Shown: in pieces, positions 1 through 9,106 of the stretch
Layout: each line of letters opens with the position of its first letter
Position numbering within the stretch: position 1 is the first letter of the stretch
IMG/VR virus record: IMGVR_UViG_3300031576_000001
Coordinates: 62,001-126,000 of that record
Direction: 5' to 3' (one strand)
DNA length: 64,000 nucleotides
Translations under genes and position numbers: made by a program
The notes under the pieces: model-generated
Seen by the model: only the letters and a program-made list of their open reading frames with translations
Databases searched by the model: none
What the model was told of the DNA's origin: nothing

Positions 1-48
1 GTACTCAACCAACTTCTTCGTGGACTTGCCCGTAACCTTGGTGGTAAC

Positions 49-369
49 ATGACAACCAACACCTTCAGCATTGATTACGCCGCGCTAGAAAAGTCTGTGG
101 CCGGTTCTCCCTCTGACTTTGACCTGTCCACCATGGAGGTTGCCTCCTCCTCGGGTACGGATGCTTTTCTGGGGCGCCGTACCCCCAAGACTGCCTCGTC
201 GCACAGGCTACGTGTTGCTTCTATAGATCAACTCAAGGGGTTTATGCGGCTGTCACAGGAGTCTTTGGTACACATGAGCACGCAAGACCTTTGGTTTGCT
301 CGCCGCGAGGGTGACGAGCTTGTACTAGAGCGCCTCTTTGATGACAACGGTAGCCCCTTGAAGGTTTTA
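49..369 (+). CDS. Small hypothetical virion-module protein (106 aa), ending at in-frame TTA 367-369
   Basis: ATG at 49. Reads ...NGSPLKV then TTA; next gene GTG at 374. The ORF track reads through to 399 and overlaps the next gene. Confidence 0.6.
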
Positions 370-373
370 CCCC

Positions 374-1684
374 GTGAGACAGCGAACCGCCAGAGCTGAG
401 AGCTTTCTACCCGCCCCGCCCCAAGAGGAGGGGGCAGGTTTTGGTGCGCCCGTCTCTGCGGGTGAGCGCAAGATACCGAAGAACTTCCCGTTTGACCCCA
501 AGGCATTGCAGCCTCTAGCCAGGACCGTGTGGGCGTCGTCGGTAGCCTTGGGTCATGCTCTCACGGCGTACCGCAACTTCAACAGGGTAAAATCCTCTTC
601 GGTGTCCCCGGACGGCTTGCTAGGCGGGCGTGGTTACGTGCTCAAGGTCACGGACCTACGCACTCGACTCTTTCGAGCCTGTGAGGAGCTATCGTCGGTG
701 ATTGACACGTTGCACGACGAGATAAATGCGCCTCACTGGCAGCCCAAGCTAGCGGACCTGGACGCTAACTCGGCTGAGGACATCCTTCATCTTCTCGACG
801 AAGCCGATTCAACCATGAAAGACCCCGAGGAGGAAGCCGATGAGAAGATCGACGACCTGGAGTCTGAAAATGACGGTCCTGGGGGCACGTCTACCAAGGA
901 GCGCTTTGGTGATAAGGAGACCCCTGGCTCGGATCTGCCCAAGGGGGGCAACGCTGACGAGCTAACCAAGACGCCGGGTAGCTCACGCAACAAGCTAGCC
1001 TCTTGGGACTATCAGCCCGCGACCAACCCCAAGGACACCTGGACGAACATCCCCGGTGGACCCCGTGTGCCTTCTCTGGACAGGAATCTGATTGAAAACT
1101 CCCCTGGGGGCTCGGCTAACGTGGGCGAACCCTCTTCGGAGCGCAACAGGGAGCGCACCCGCGAAGAGACCGACGAGAACAAAGGTATCAAGTTTTACGC
1201 TGCCGTAGCCTACTCGGTACTACCAGACGGCTCCCTTGAGCCCCAAAACACGGTAGACGACTTCGGGCTTGGGTACGGCGCCAAGGGTCCAAACTACAAC
1301 CCCCCTCAGTCTGACGGCAAGGGTATTACCGGACCCACAAGCGGTCTACCCGCTGGACCCCCGGCAAGCAAGGTCAGTCCTTGGGATTCGGACTCGACCC
1401 TGGTAACGGAGCGCCAGGTAAATGACACCACGCGCCACGGACAGTCCAAGCTGCCCCAGCCCCCGCTGAACGTGTCCCCTGTCGCCAGGTCTGACTATTA
1501 CGAGGACAAGGGGCTCCAACCCCTTACCGCAGAGAGCACCCTACCCCAACCCCAGGACGCCATGACGCCAACCGATACCGATCTTCCTGGGGCGAGTGCC
1601 ATGTTTGACCCGCGCGATACCGGCTACCGTAGGTGGGACGTTATACCCGTGGTCAAGCCCGACCCCCTTACCAGTCGAAAGTTA
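374..1684 (+). CDS. Hypothetical Pro/Gly/acidic-rich head-module protein (436 aa), ending at TTA 1682-1684
   Basis: First part of track ORF 374..3907. In-frame AAG TTA CCC ATG at 1679-1690. Confidence 0.55.
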
Positions 1685-1687
1685 CCC

Positions 1688-3907
1688 ATGGGTGATCTAG
1701 GAAATCTTGCAGACTTTTTCGAGGAAACCGCTGGACCCGTGGATCATGAGTGGCTTGCGGTAGACCCCTCCGAGTACGGAGCGTCAGAGGCGCTCCCCCA
1801 GCAAAACCTGGACATGGTTCCTGACCTGAAGGCGCTGTGGAGTCATGCCGACCGTGACCCTTCGGTCTACGCGGTGCCTAACCGGGGGATGCTAGAGAAC
1901 TTCGGGGACGCCAGCCTACGCCATGCAGAGCCCCCTGCGTCACTTACCAAGGAGGCGATGACTCGCGCGGCTCGCCAGATTCTCTTGGTGAACCAGGAAC
2001 CCGCCGCATTCTTTGACGCGCTGCGGCGTAACCATGACCTCTCGACGCTTCGGGCGCACAAGGGGGTACTGGCAAGTGTACTGGCAGAGAGGGGTCTCCT
2101 GGGTCCGTTCTACCTGGACTCCTTGGATTTCCCGGGGTGTAACAAGCGTGAGGGTGTAGCCCTTGCGCATCAATGGTACGCCTCTACGCCCTACGTTCTC
2201 GCCAAGCCTGACTGCGGTGGCTGTGTCTTTGCGAGCAAGGAGCTAGGCAAGGATCACTGCTCGGTTTTTGCCAAGACGCTGGTAGCCACCCCTCCTTATA
2301 CCGAGGCTGAGGCTCTTCGCGTAGAGGGTGCGCAAGCGGCGAGGGGGGTACAAGCCTCACAAGCGAGCACGCCCAAGGAAAGAATTCGTCTTGCCCTTCT
2401 AGCCTCCCCGGTGGTGAGCCAGGCGCTCCCCGAGACCAAGCCGGTCGAGAACACTTCGCGTACCCTCACCCCTGTCAAGCCGGCGCCCGCGGTTACCGTC
2501 GCGGAAGACCTGGCGCTACCCAAGGCAGCGGCGCTGGTGGTACTCACAACCCAGGTTCAGTCTGGCAAGGTCGCCTTTGACCAAGCCGCGCAGTGGCACG
2601 CCAGGATACGGGAAGCCTCTACCTCAGCAACCCTCTCCGGTGTGGTGACTGACCTCACGCAAGCGACACCGCTCGCCAAGAGGGTTTACGAGGCGAACCC
2701 TCAAGCCCCCGTAGCCCCCCTGCCCTCCATGCCCGAGGTGCAGCAAGCCCTGGTTACGGCAGCCAACCTCACGAAGAAGCGTGACGCTGCGTTCAACCTC
2801 AAGGTGGCTCAGGAGAAAGCCAAGCCGGTACTGGCTCTTCTACGCCGGGAAATGCTCAAAGGTCGAAAGCCTGGTCAGCTAGAGCAAGCGTTGCGCGCTT
2901 CTTTTGACGTGACGGATCTGGCGAGCACAAAGCCTTTCTGGGCGCCCCTTGTCAAAGAGGCTGGGCTTTATGGTGAGGTGTACCTACCCCAAGAGGCTTT
3001 TGCTGACTGTCTCCGGGGTGCTGACATTGTAGCCTCGTATCAGCCCACGTTGAAAGTCATTGTCTCTGGGCAGAAGTGCGCGGGCTGTGTGCATAACCGG
3101 GTAGGGTACTGCAACGTGTACCGTCGCCCGCTGGTAGCCGGCAAGGAAGCGGCATTTACGCCCACGGTGGCTCGCTCTGTTTTTGACGACAAGCTAACCA
3201 GGGGCACGCTACCCGCCTCGTCTTGGTCGCGGTACGCCAGCCTCACCCCCCGTGACGCGGTACAGGCCATGTACCGCGAGGAACAGGCGCAACAAGCCAG
3301 GCGAGCGGACGATCTGTACACCGCATTTGCAGGCGCCTCTCAGGAGTACAGCACGTCAGACCTCACCAAGAGGGACGTGGTAAAGACCGCCCGTCTACAA
3401 CTAAACGAGGGTCTTTACGGGGATGACTTGCTCTCTGCGTTGCGGCTCAGGTTTGACGAGCGTGACCTACGGGCGAGCCTCCCCCTCCTTCGCCCTGTGC
3501 TAGCCGAGCAAGGCTTGCAAGGGATATACTACGTGGACCCCACGGTCTATGACGACTACGGCACGGGGTGTGATACGGCGTCTAGCCTTCACCGGACGAG
3601 GGGCGCCATCAAGTACGCCAAGGTGGGTCCAGCGTGCTTCGGGTGTCTATTCCAGACGCGCCCCGGGGTGTGCTCCAAGCTGGCAAAGACCCTGGTACAG
3701 AACCCCCCCTACACGGACAAGACCGCTCAGCAAAAAGCTATTCTAGCGTCGGGTAGGTCAACAGAGACAGATTATGCCTCTTTGCTGAACAATGGGGCTA
3801 ACGTGGTGGCAGAGTACCACCTACGTAGCCAGGGGGACATTGAGCTAGACCCGGAGAACCCCAACCCAGCCCCGATAGGGGTTCAACTCGGGGGTAACGT
3901 GATATGA
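1688..3907 (+). CDS. Hypothetical protein (739 aa) with three repeated 4-Cys modules
   Basis: ATG one codon after the TTA (MGDLGNLADFF...). Three GLxGxxY...C...CxGC...C...LV repeats. ATGA overlap with the next gene. Confidence 0.6.
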   Translation: MGDLGNLADFFEETAGPVDHEWLAVDPSEYGASEALPQQNLDMVPDLKALWSHADRDPSVYAVPNRGMLENFGDASLRHAEPPASLTKEAMTRAARQILLVNQEPAAFFDALRRNHDLSTLRAHKGVLASVLAERGLLGPFYLDSLDFPGCNKREGVALAHQWYASTPYVLAKPDCGGCVFASKELGKDHCSVFAKTLVATPPYTEAEALRVEGAQAARGVQASQASTPKERIRLALLASPVVSQALPETKPVENTSRTLTPVKPAPAVTVAEDLALPKAAALVVLTTQVQSGKVAFDQAAQWHARIREASTSATLSGVVTDLTQATPLAKRVYEANPQAPVAPLPSMPEVQQALVTAANLTKKRDAAFNLKVAQEKAKPVLALLRREMLKGRKPGQLEQALRASFDVTDLASTKPFWAPLVKEAGLYGEVYLPQEAFADCLRGADIVASYQPTLKVIVSGQKCAGCVHNRVGYCNVYRRPLVAGKEAAFTPTVARSVFDDKLTRGTLPASSWSRYASLTPRDAVQAMYREEQAQQARRADDLYTAFAGASQEYSTSDLTKRDVVKTARLQLNEGLYGDDLLSALRLRFDERDLRASLPLLRPVLAEQGLQGIYYVDPTVYDDYGTGCDTASSLHRTRGAIKYAKVGPACFGCLFQTRPGVCSKLAKTLVQNPPYTDKTAQQKAILASGRSTETDYASLLNNGANVVAEYHLRSQGDIELDPENPNPAPIGVQLGGNVI

Positions 3908-4293
3908 CGCTCTCTGAGAGGGTAGCCTCTCGGTATCACCAGGTTCTAGCTGACCGTGACAAGGGCGACCGAGCCAACGCCCGCAAGCTCTCTCAGCCTA
4001 TCAACACACCCAAGGGGATCGACCGGGGGGTTGTCAAGGACAATGGGCGAGTGGATCTCTCGCTGGAAGAGTCGGTTTCGCAGTCCAAGACAGACATACA
4101 CCCCAAGGATGTTTTCCCCTCGACCCCTAACAATGTGGGGATGCTCAACCTGGCGGAAACTGGCAAGGATCTGTCAAAGGCGCTAGAAACCAAGGTACCC
4201 AAGGACAAGGGGCACGACGCGGTAAGCAACCTCTCTCAGTACCTCATCGAGACCAAGGGGGGAGGGTCAGCCAAGCCAGCCGGGAGACGCTAA
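3904..4293 (+). CDS. Hypothetical protein (129 aa)
   Basis: ATGA-coupled to the upstream gene; TAA stop. Confidence 0.65.
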   Translation: MTLSERVASRYHQVLADRDKGDRANARKLSQPINTPKGIDRGVVKDNGRVDLSLEESVSQSKTDIHPKDVFPSTPNNVGMLNLAETGKDLSKALETKVPKDKGHDAVSNLSQYLIETKGGGSAKPAGRR

Positions 4294-4304
4294 CGGGAGT
4301 GTAC

Positions 4305-4835
4305 ATGCCACCAGATGAAAATGAACCAAAGACAGAATTGGTCGAGGACAAACGCCCCCCGGTTCTGGTGCCTATGTACCAGAGAACCCGAGCCGACCAC
4401 GTAAGCGCCCTAGTCAGAGCCAAAGATGCTCACGTTCGCACGGACCCTCTGGTCAAGACGGTAGCTGACAAGAGCCCCCCGAAAGACATACTCGACGGGG
4501 TGCTACTTGAGCTAGCCAAAGAGGCTGCCGCGCTGGGGTTCGCAATTCGCGAAGTGGACAAGACCGGGCGGGATAGCTCCAAGCTGTCCAGGTCAAGAGC
4601 GGACGTGCTTGGTAAAATAGCCGTGATTGCCGTAGACCGTAATCGCATGGGTACGGACGAGCTAGACCTCCGGTCAAGCAAGGTCCAACTCCTGTTCAAC
4701 CTCTGGATTACTAACCTGTCCAAGGTCGCCCGCGATACCATGACACGCGAGCAAGCTGACCTGTTCTTCTCCAAGCTGACCGCTGCCATGGCCGGCTGGG
4801 AGAATGAGGCAGAGTCCAACCTGAAAGGCGTATTA
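4305..4835 (+). CDS. Putative terminase small subunit (176 aa), ending at TTA 4833-4835
   Basis: Helical-looking protein directly upstream of terL; TTATG overlap with the terL start. Function inferred from position only. Confidence 0.45.
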
Positions 4836-6844
4836 TGCCCTCTCAGGACAAGCGACCTAACACCCCGTCCATGGCGTCTCTGCTCGCCAAAGCAGGGCGT
4901 GACGTGGTGCAATCCCAGGACGCTGACGTTCCCGTTGCCGACCCCTCGGGACGCCCAGCTACCGCCAGAATCTTCAACATCATAGATTACATTGAGGCTC
5001 CCTGGGGCTTGGATATGAAGGTCTTTCCTGTCCAGCGCTTCATTATCAAGATGTTCTACAATCTCCCGCTAGATGACACGCTACCCGCGGGCGAGACGCA
5101 ACGCATCACGGTAACGGATATGTTCCGTACTAAGACATACCACACATTTACCGAGCGTGAGTATCTGCAATACCTTTATGACGAGGGGCGTTGTAATCTC
5201 TCAGAGCAAGACAACGACCGAAGAGAGCTTATCTTGGTGTGTGGGAGAAGGAGCGGCAAAACCCTCATAGCTGGCATTTTTGCTTCTTATGAGATATATC
5301 GCCTACTCTCTCTAGTGAATCCGCAGAAGTATTACGGACTACCGCAAGGTGACCGTATTCAGATAATCAGCGTAGCTACGGACAAGGAACAGGCGGGCAT
5401 TCTCTTCAACGGAGTCACGGGACACATTACCAAGTGCGACTATTTCACCCCGTACCTGGCACGTAACACACAGAGCAATGTCACGTTCCGCACCCCCTTT
5501 GAGATAGAGAAATACGGGGACACGATACGGCAGGGTGACGGCAAGTTTGTCTCGTACAACGGCAAGGCTAGCCTACGGCTGGCGTTCAAGTCGTGCATCG
5601 CTAAAGGGCTTCGTGGTTCTGGCAACATTGTCATTGTGCTCGACGAGTTTGCACACTTTCAGGTAAAGGGGCAGGCGTCAGCCAAAGAGATATACGACGC
5701 CATCACCCCGTCAAAAGCAGCGTTCTCGCCTAAAGACCCTACAAACCCTATGCGACCAATAGGAGTGGTGGAGTCTCGTGTCATCCTGATTTCCTCTCCG
5801 CTCAACAAGGAGGGTAAGTTCTACGAGCTATTCCACCAAGCCATGGCAAAGGGTCCAGGCTCCGAAAACCTCTTGGCGATTCAGGTGCCGACCTGGGAAA
5901 TGAACCCCACGGTAGAGGCTGGTTACCTCAAAGAGAAGTACTACTCAGACCCGCCCGTGTTCATGGTGGAGCACGGGGCAGAGTTTTCTGACCGCCTCCG
6001 GGGCTGGCTAGAGCGCGAGGAGGACTTGCTTGCTTGCATCGACCCGTTGCACCGCCCCGTGGACCGAGGGGTGCCCCGTGTGCCCTACTTTATGGGTATC
6101 GACGTGGGGCTCATCCATGACGGCACGTCTATCTTCCTCTCGCGCCTCGACGGGGACCGCATTGTGGCGGACTACCACGAGACCTGGCACGCAGGCATCC
6201 CCTGGAAAGAGAGCAACCCTCACCTTCTTAGCCCAGGGACCATGTACGCCAACGGGCTCGACAAGGTAGAACGCCTTGACTTTGACGAGATCGCCAACTG
6301 GATCGTCTCTCTCTGCCAACGGTTCTACGTGGTCGGGGGTCTCTTTGACCGCTGGAATGGTATCCCCTTGGAGCAAGCGCTACACAAGAGGGGTCTCACC
6401 CAGTTTCAGTCTGATTTCTTCTCAAAAGACCAGCGCAGCAAGATGTACCAGGCGGCAAAGATGATGATTTTCGACAAGAAAGTCATCCTGTATGACTGGC
6501 CGCGCCCAGAGGGGGGTAAGGTGGGGAGGTCACCCTTCATTCGTGAGCTTCTCAACCTTCAGGCACACCAGTACACTGCCAATTTGGTGGAGGTCGCCGC
6601 GCCCGCGGTTCCTGGGGCGCACGACGACACGTCAGACGCTTTTACTCGCTCGGTCTGGCTAGCCACGGAGCAGTTGAAAAACAGGAAGATCGTGGCTAGC
6701 CCCTTTGCAGGGGGTGCGCGCCCCACGTCGCCCGGAGCCTCCACGGTGAGCTACGCCGTGCAGAAAGCACGTAACCACGGGCTATTCACGGATAGACTCT
6801 CCCCTAACTCGGCTCTGGGTCGGCGCCTGACGCGGCGTCGCTAA
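4835..6844 (+). CDS. terL: Terminase large subunit
   Basis: Walker A (LVCGRRSGKT), Walker B (IVIVLDEFAHF), motif III (ILISSP), RNase H-like nuclease (MGIDVG...HDDTSDA). Confidence 0.93.
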   Translation: MPSQDKRPNTPSMASLLAKAGRDVVQSQDADVPVADPSGRPATARIFNIIDYIEAPWGLDMKVFPVQRFIIKMFYNLPLDDTLPAGETQRITVTDMFRTKTYHTFTEREYLQYLYDEGRCNLSEQDNDRRELILVCGRRSGKTLIAGIFASYEIYRLLSLVNPQKYYGLPQGDRIQIISVATDKEQAGILFNGVTGHITKCDYFTPYLARNTQSNVTFRTPFEIEKYGDTIRQGDGKFVSYNGKASLRLAFKSCIAKGLRGSGNIVIVLDEFAHFQVKGQASAKEIYDAITPSKAAFSPKDPTNPMRPIGVVESRVILISSPLNKEGKFYELFHQAMAKGPGSENLLAIQVPTWEMNPTVEAGYLKEKYYSDPPVFMVEHGAEFSDRLRGWLEREEDLLACIDPLHRPVDRGVPRVPYFMGIDVGLIHDGTSIFLSRLDGDRIVADYHETWHAGIPWKESNPHLLSPGTMYANGLDKVERLDFDEIANWIVSLCQRFYVVGGLFDRWNGIPLEQALHKRGLTQFQSDFFSKDQRSKMYQAAKMMIFDKKVILYDWPRPEGGKVGRSPFIRELLNLQAHQYTANLVEVAAPAVPGAHDDTSDAFTRSVWLATEQLKNRKIVASPFAGGARPTSPGASTVSYAVQKARNHGLFTDRLSPNSALGRRLTRRR

Positions 6845-6922
6845 GAGACAGGCTCCTACAAACCTCGGTGTGCCTCTACCCGACGCGGCGTCGTTTAGTC
6901 CCCACGCCAGGGGGTACGAACG

Positions 6923-7177
6923 GTGTCTGCCTCTGACCCTGACCCCCTTGTGTTTGCCAACCGCATCCTTCACATGATGCTCAGGAACCTCTTTGCTGAA
7001 AAGTACAAGGTTGCGCCCCCTGACTACTTGCGAATGCGGGTGGTCTTTCGCAAGCTAGGCGGCTCCTGGCAAGACGTGTGGGATGGCGACCCCGACCAAG
7101 TACACCTCTTGCAAAGCATCGTCAAAGCCTGGGGCAACATGCCGGGTCATGCTAACCTGAGCAGTGAGGTTGTTTAG
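6923..7177 (+). CDS. Hypothetical protein (84 aa)
   Basis: Fills the gap between terL and the paralog triplet; TAG stop. Confidence 0.55.
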   Translation: MSASDPDPLVFANRILHMMLRNLFAEKYKVAPPDYLRMRVVFRKLGGSWQDVWDGDPDQVHLLQSIVKAWGNMPGHANLSSEVV

Positions 7178-7179
7178 TC

Positions 7180-7698
7180 ATGCCAGACTTCCCCCGTAAC
7201 CGAGACTGTCACGCCCTCTTTCGGGGGGACTCGTTTCCGTCCCTCATTGACAACAATCTTGTCAACGGGGGCTGGAGTGGGGGGTCTGGCGTAGAGTGGA
7301 CCACGCCGTTCAAGGATGAGCCTGTGGTAACCCGTACCGATGGGTACGCTTGCGGGTTCATCCTGTTTGGGTCGAGTGAGTCGTCGGACCAGTACACTGC
7401 CAGTACACACCAGAGCCTCACCTACCGCTACAGTGAGATTTGCTCCGGGGGTTGGCTTATCTCGACCCTCAGTTACGAGAAGTACACCTACGCCTCTCGG
7501 CTCATCCCCCCCTTGGTGCTCATCAATTACCTGCCCACAGACCGGCTGGTATTCTCCCTGAGAGGGTTGTGGACCAAGGAGGACGAGTGGACCCTCTCAG
7601 GTGACCCGAGGGCGCCTAACCAGTACTACGCCGGGGGTGTGGTACAAACACCCACACAAGCCACGTCCTTCTACCTCACCTTGCAGTCCTACCTCTTA
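7180..7698 (+). CDS. Paralog 1 of tandem triplet, possible capsid decoration/cement-type protein (172 aa, TTA stop)
   Basis: Shares YEKYTYASRLIPPL and FSLRGLWTKEDEWTLSxDPRAP with the next two genes; TTATG overlap at 7696-7700. Confidence 0.7.
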
Positions 7699-8213
7699 TG
7701 CCATCTACCTACCCCCCAAGAACCCGAGACTGCGTGGTCTCTTACCGTAGCGTCCGCTACTCGGTCAGGGTAGACCCTGCGGTCAAGTTCTGGCAGGGGG
7801 GTCAGGGCTTTCGGTGGGACGACTCCCCCCTGGACGAGATCCGGGTTACGTCCACGGACGGCTACGGGGCGGGTTTTGCGCTCTTCGGGTCAGATGAGGT
7901 CCATGACCAGCTAACGGCCATGTCAGGCAACCAGCCGTTGCACGAGTTCTTGACGCTGGGGGTGGGCACCTGGCTTATCTCGACCCGGACTTACGAGAAG
8001 TACACGCTGGCGTCGCGGACCATTCCCCCGCTCATTCCCTTGGTCTACGCGCCCAACGAGCCATTGTACTTCAGCCTGAGAGGGTTGTGGACCAAGGAAG
8101 ACGAGTGGACGCTTTCACTGGACCCGAGGGCGCCCTCCCCGGTGGTGGCTCGCGTACAGATGCCCCCCTCTTTGCTAACCGATGACTACCTCTCCCTTCA
8201 CACGGCGCTTTTA
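7698..8213 (+). CDS. Paralog 2 of tandem triplet (171 aa, TTA stop)
   Basis: Same motifs; TTATG overlap at 8211-8215. Confidence 0.7.
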
Positions 8214-8716
8214 TGCCTGAGATCGCTCGCACCCGAGATTGTGTCCTGTTTTACAAGGGCGATGTGTACGCCGTGGAGACCAACCTCACGTTCTGGCTAG
8301 GAGGTCAGGGCGCCAGGTGGGTACAGTCCCCGGGAGACCACCGTGTAGTCACCACGTCGGACGGTGGTTTTGGGGGGTACTTCCTCTGGGGCAGTGATGA
8401 GGCGTCAGACCAGTACAACGCAATGACCGGGCAGTTCTTGCGGTATGGTTACGCCGTGTTCTCTGCGGGTGGTAGTGTCTTCTCGACCACGACGTATGAA
8501 AAGTACACTTACGCCTCTCGACTCATCCCACCCCTCGTCCCTCTGATTTACAATGCGGGGGAGCCTCTGTACTTCAGCCTGAGAGGGTTGTGGACCAAGG
8601 AAGACGAGTGGACGCTTTCACTGGACCCGCGCGCTCCGGCGTCCGTAGCTGGGTACTGTGTGCAAGTACCCAAGACCGTCAACCGCTTCTTCCTGGGTGT
8701 GTACACCACCCTCTAG
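8213..8716 (+). CDS. Paralog 3 of tandem triplet (167 aa, TAG stop)
   Basis: Same motifs; its TAG aligns with the TTA of paralogs 1 and 2. Confidence 0.75.
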   Translation: MPEIARTRDCVLFYKGDVYAVETNLTFWLGGQGARWVQSPGDHRVVTTSDGGFGGYFLWGSDEASDQYNAMTGQFLRYGYAVFSAGGSVFSTTTYEKYTYASRLIPPLVPLIYNAGEPLYFSLRGLWTKEDEWTLSLDPRAPASVAGYCVQVPKTVNRFFLGVYTTL

Positions 8717-8725
8717 GCAATCTAC

Positions 8726-9091
8726 ATGAAGACCACGGAAGAACTACACAGGGAGCTGCGGGTTCACCTTGGGATGGTTCAGCATCACAGCAAAGAGGCG
8801 CACATTCTCGCCTCTCAGCTAGGAGAGCTATACACCCAAGAGGCACGGACTCTAGCCTCTCAACAAGGAGACCCCTATGCCCGCGAGCGTACACAGGAAG
8901 CTCGCCAGTCTGCTCGCATGATGCGTACCCTAGCAGACACCGCCAAGGGAGTGTACCTGCGGCTGCGCGCCCTGGCTCGCGTGGAAACCAGGCTAGCGGA
9001 GCGACAACCTGTCAAGCAAGAGCCCCCGAAACCAAAGCCGGCACCCATCGTGCCCTCCTCTGACCCCATGGCAGAGCTAGGCTTCAAATGA
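8726..9091 (+). CDS. Hypothetical helical protein (121 aa)
   Basis: ORF tiles between the triplet and the portal gene. Confidence 0.55.
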   Translation: MKTTEELHRELRVHLGMVQHHSKEAHILASQLGELYTQEARTLASQQGDPYARERTQEARQSARMMRTLADTAKGVYLRLRALARVETRLAERQPVKQEPPKPKPAPIVPSSDPMAELGFK

Positions 9092-9106
9092 GCATGAGGT
9101 TACCCT

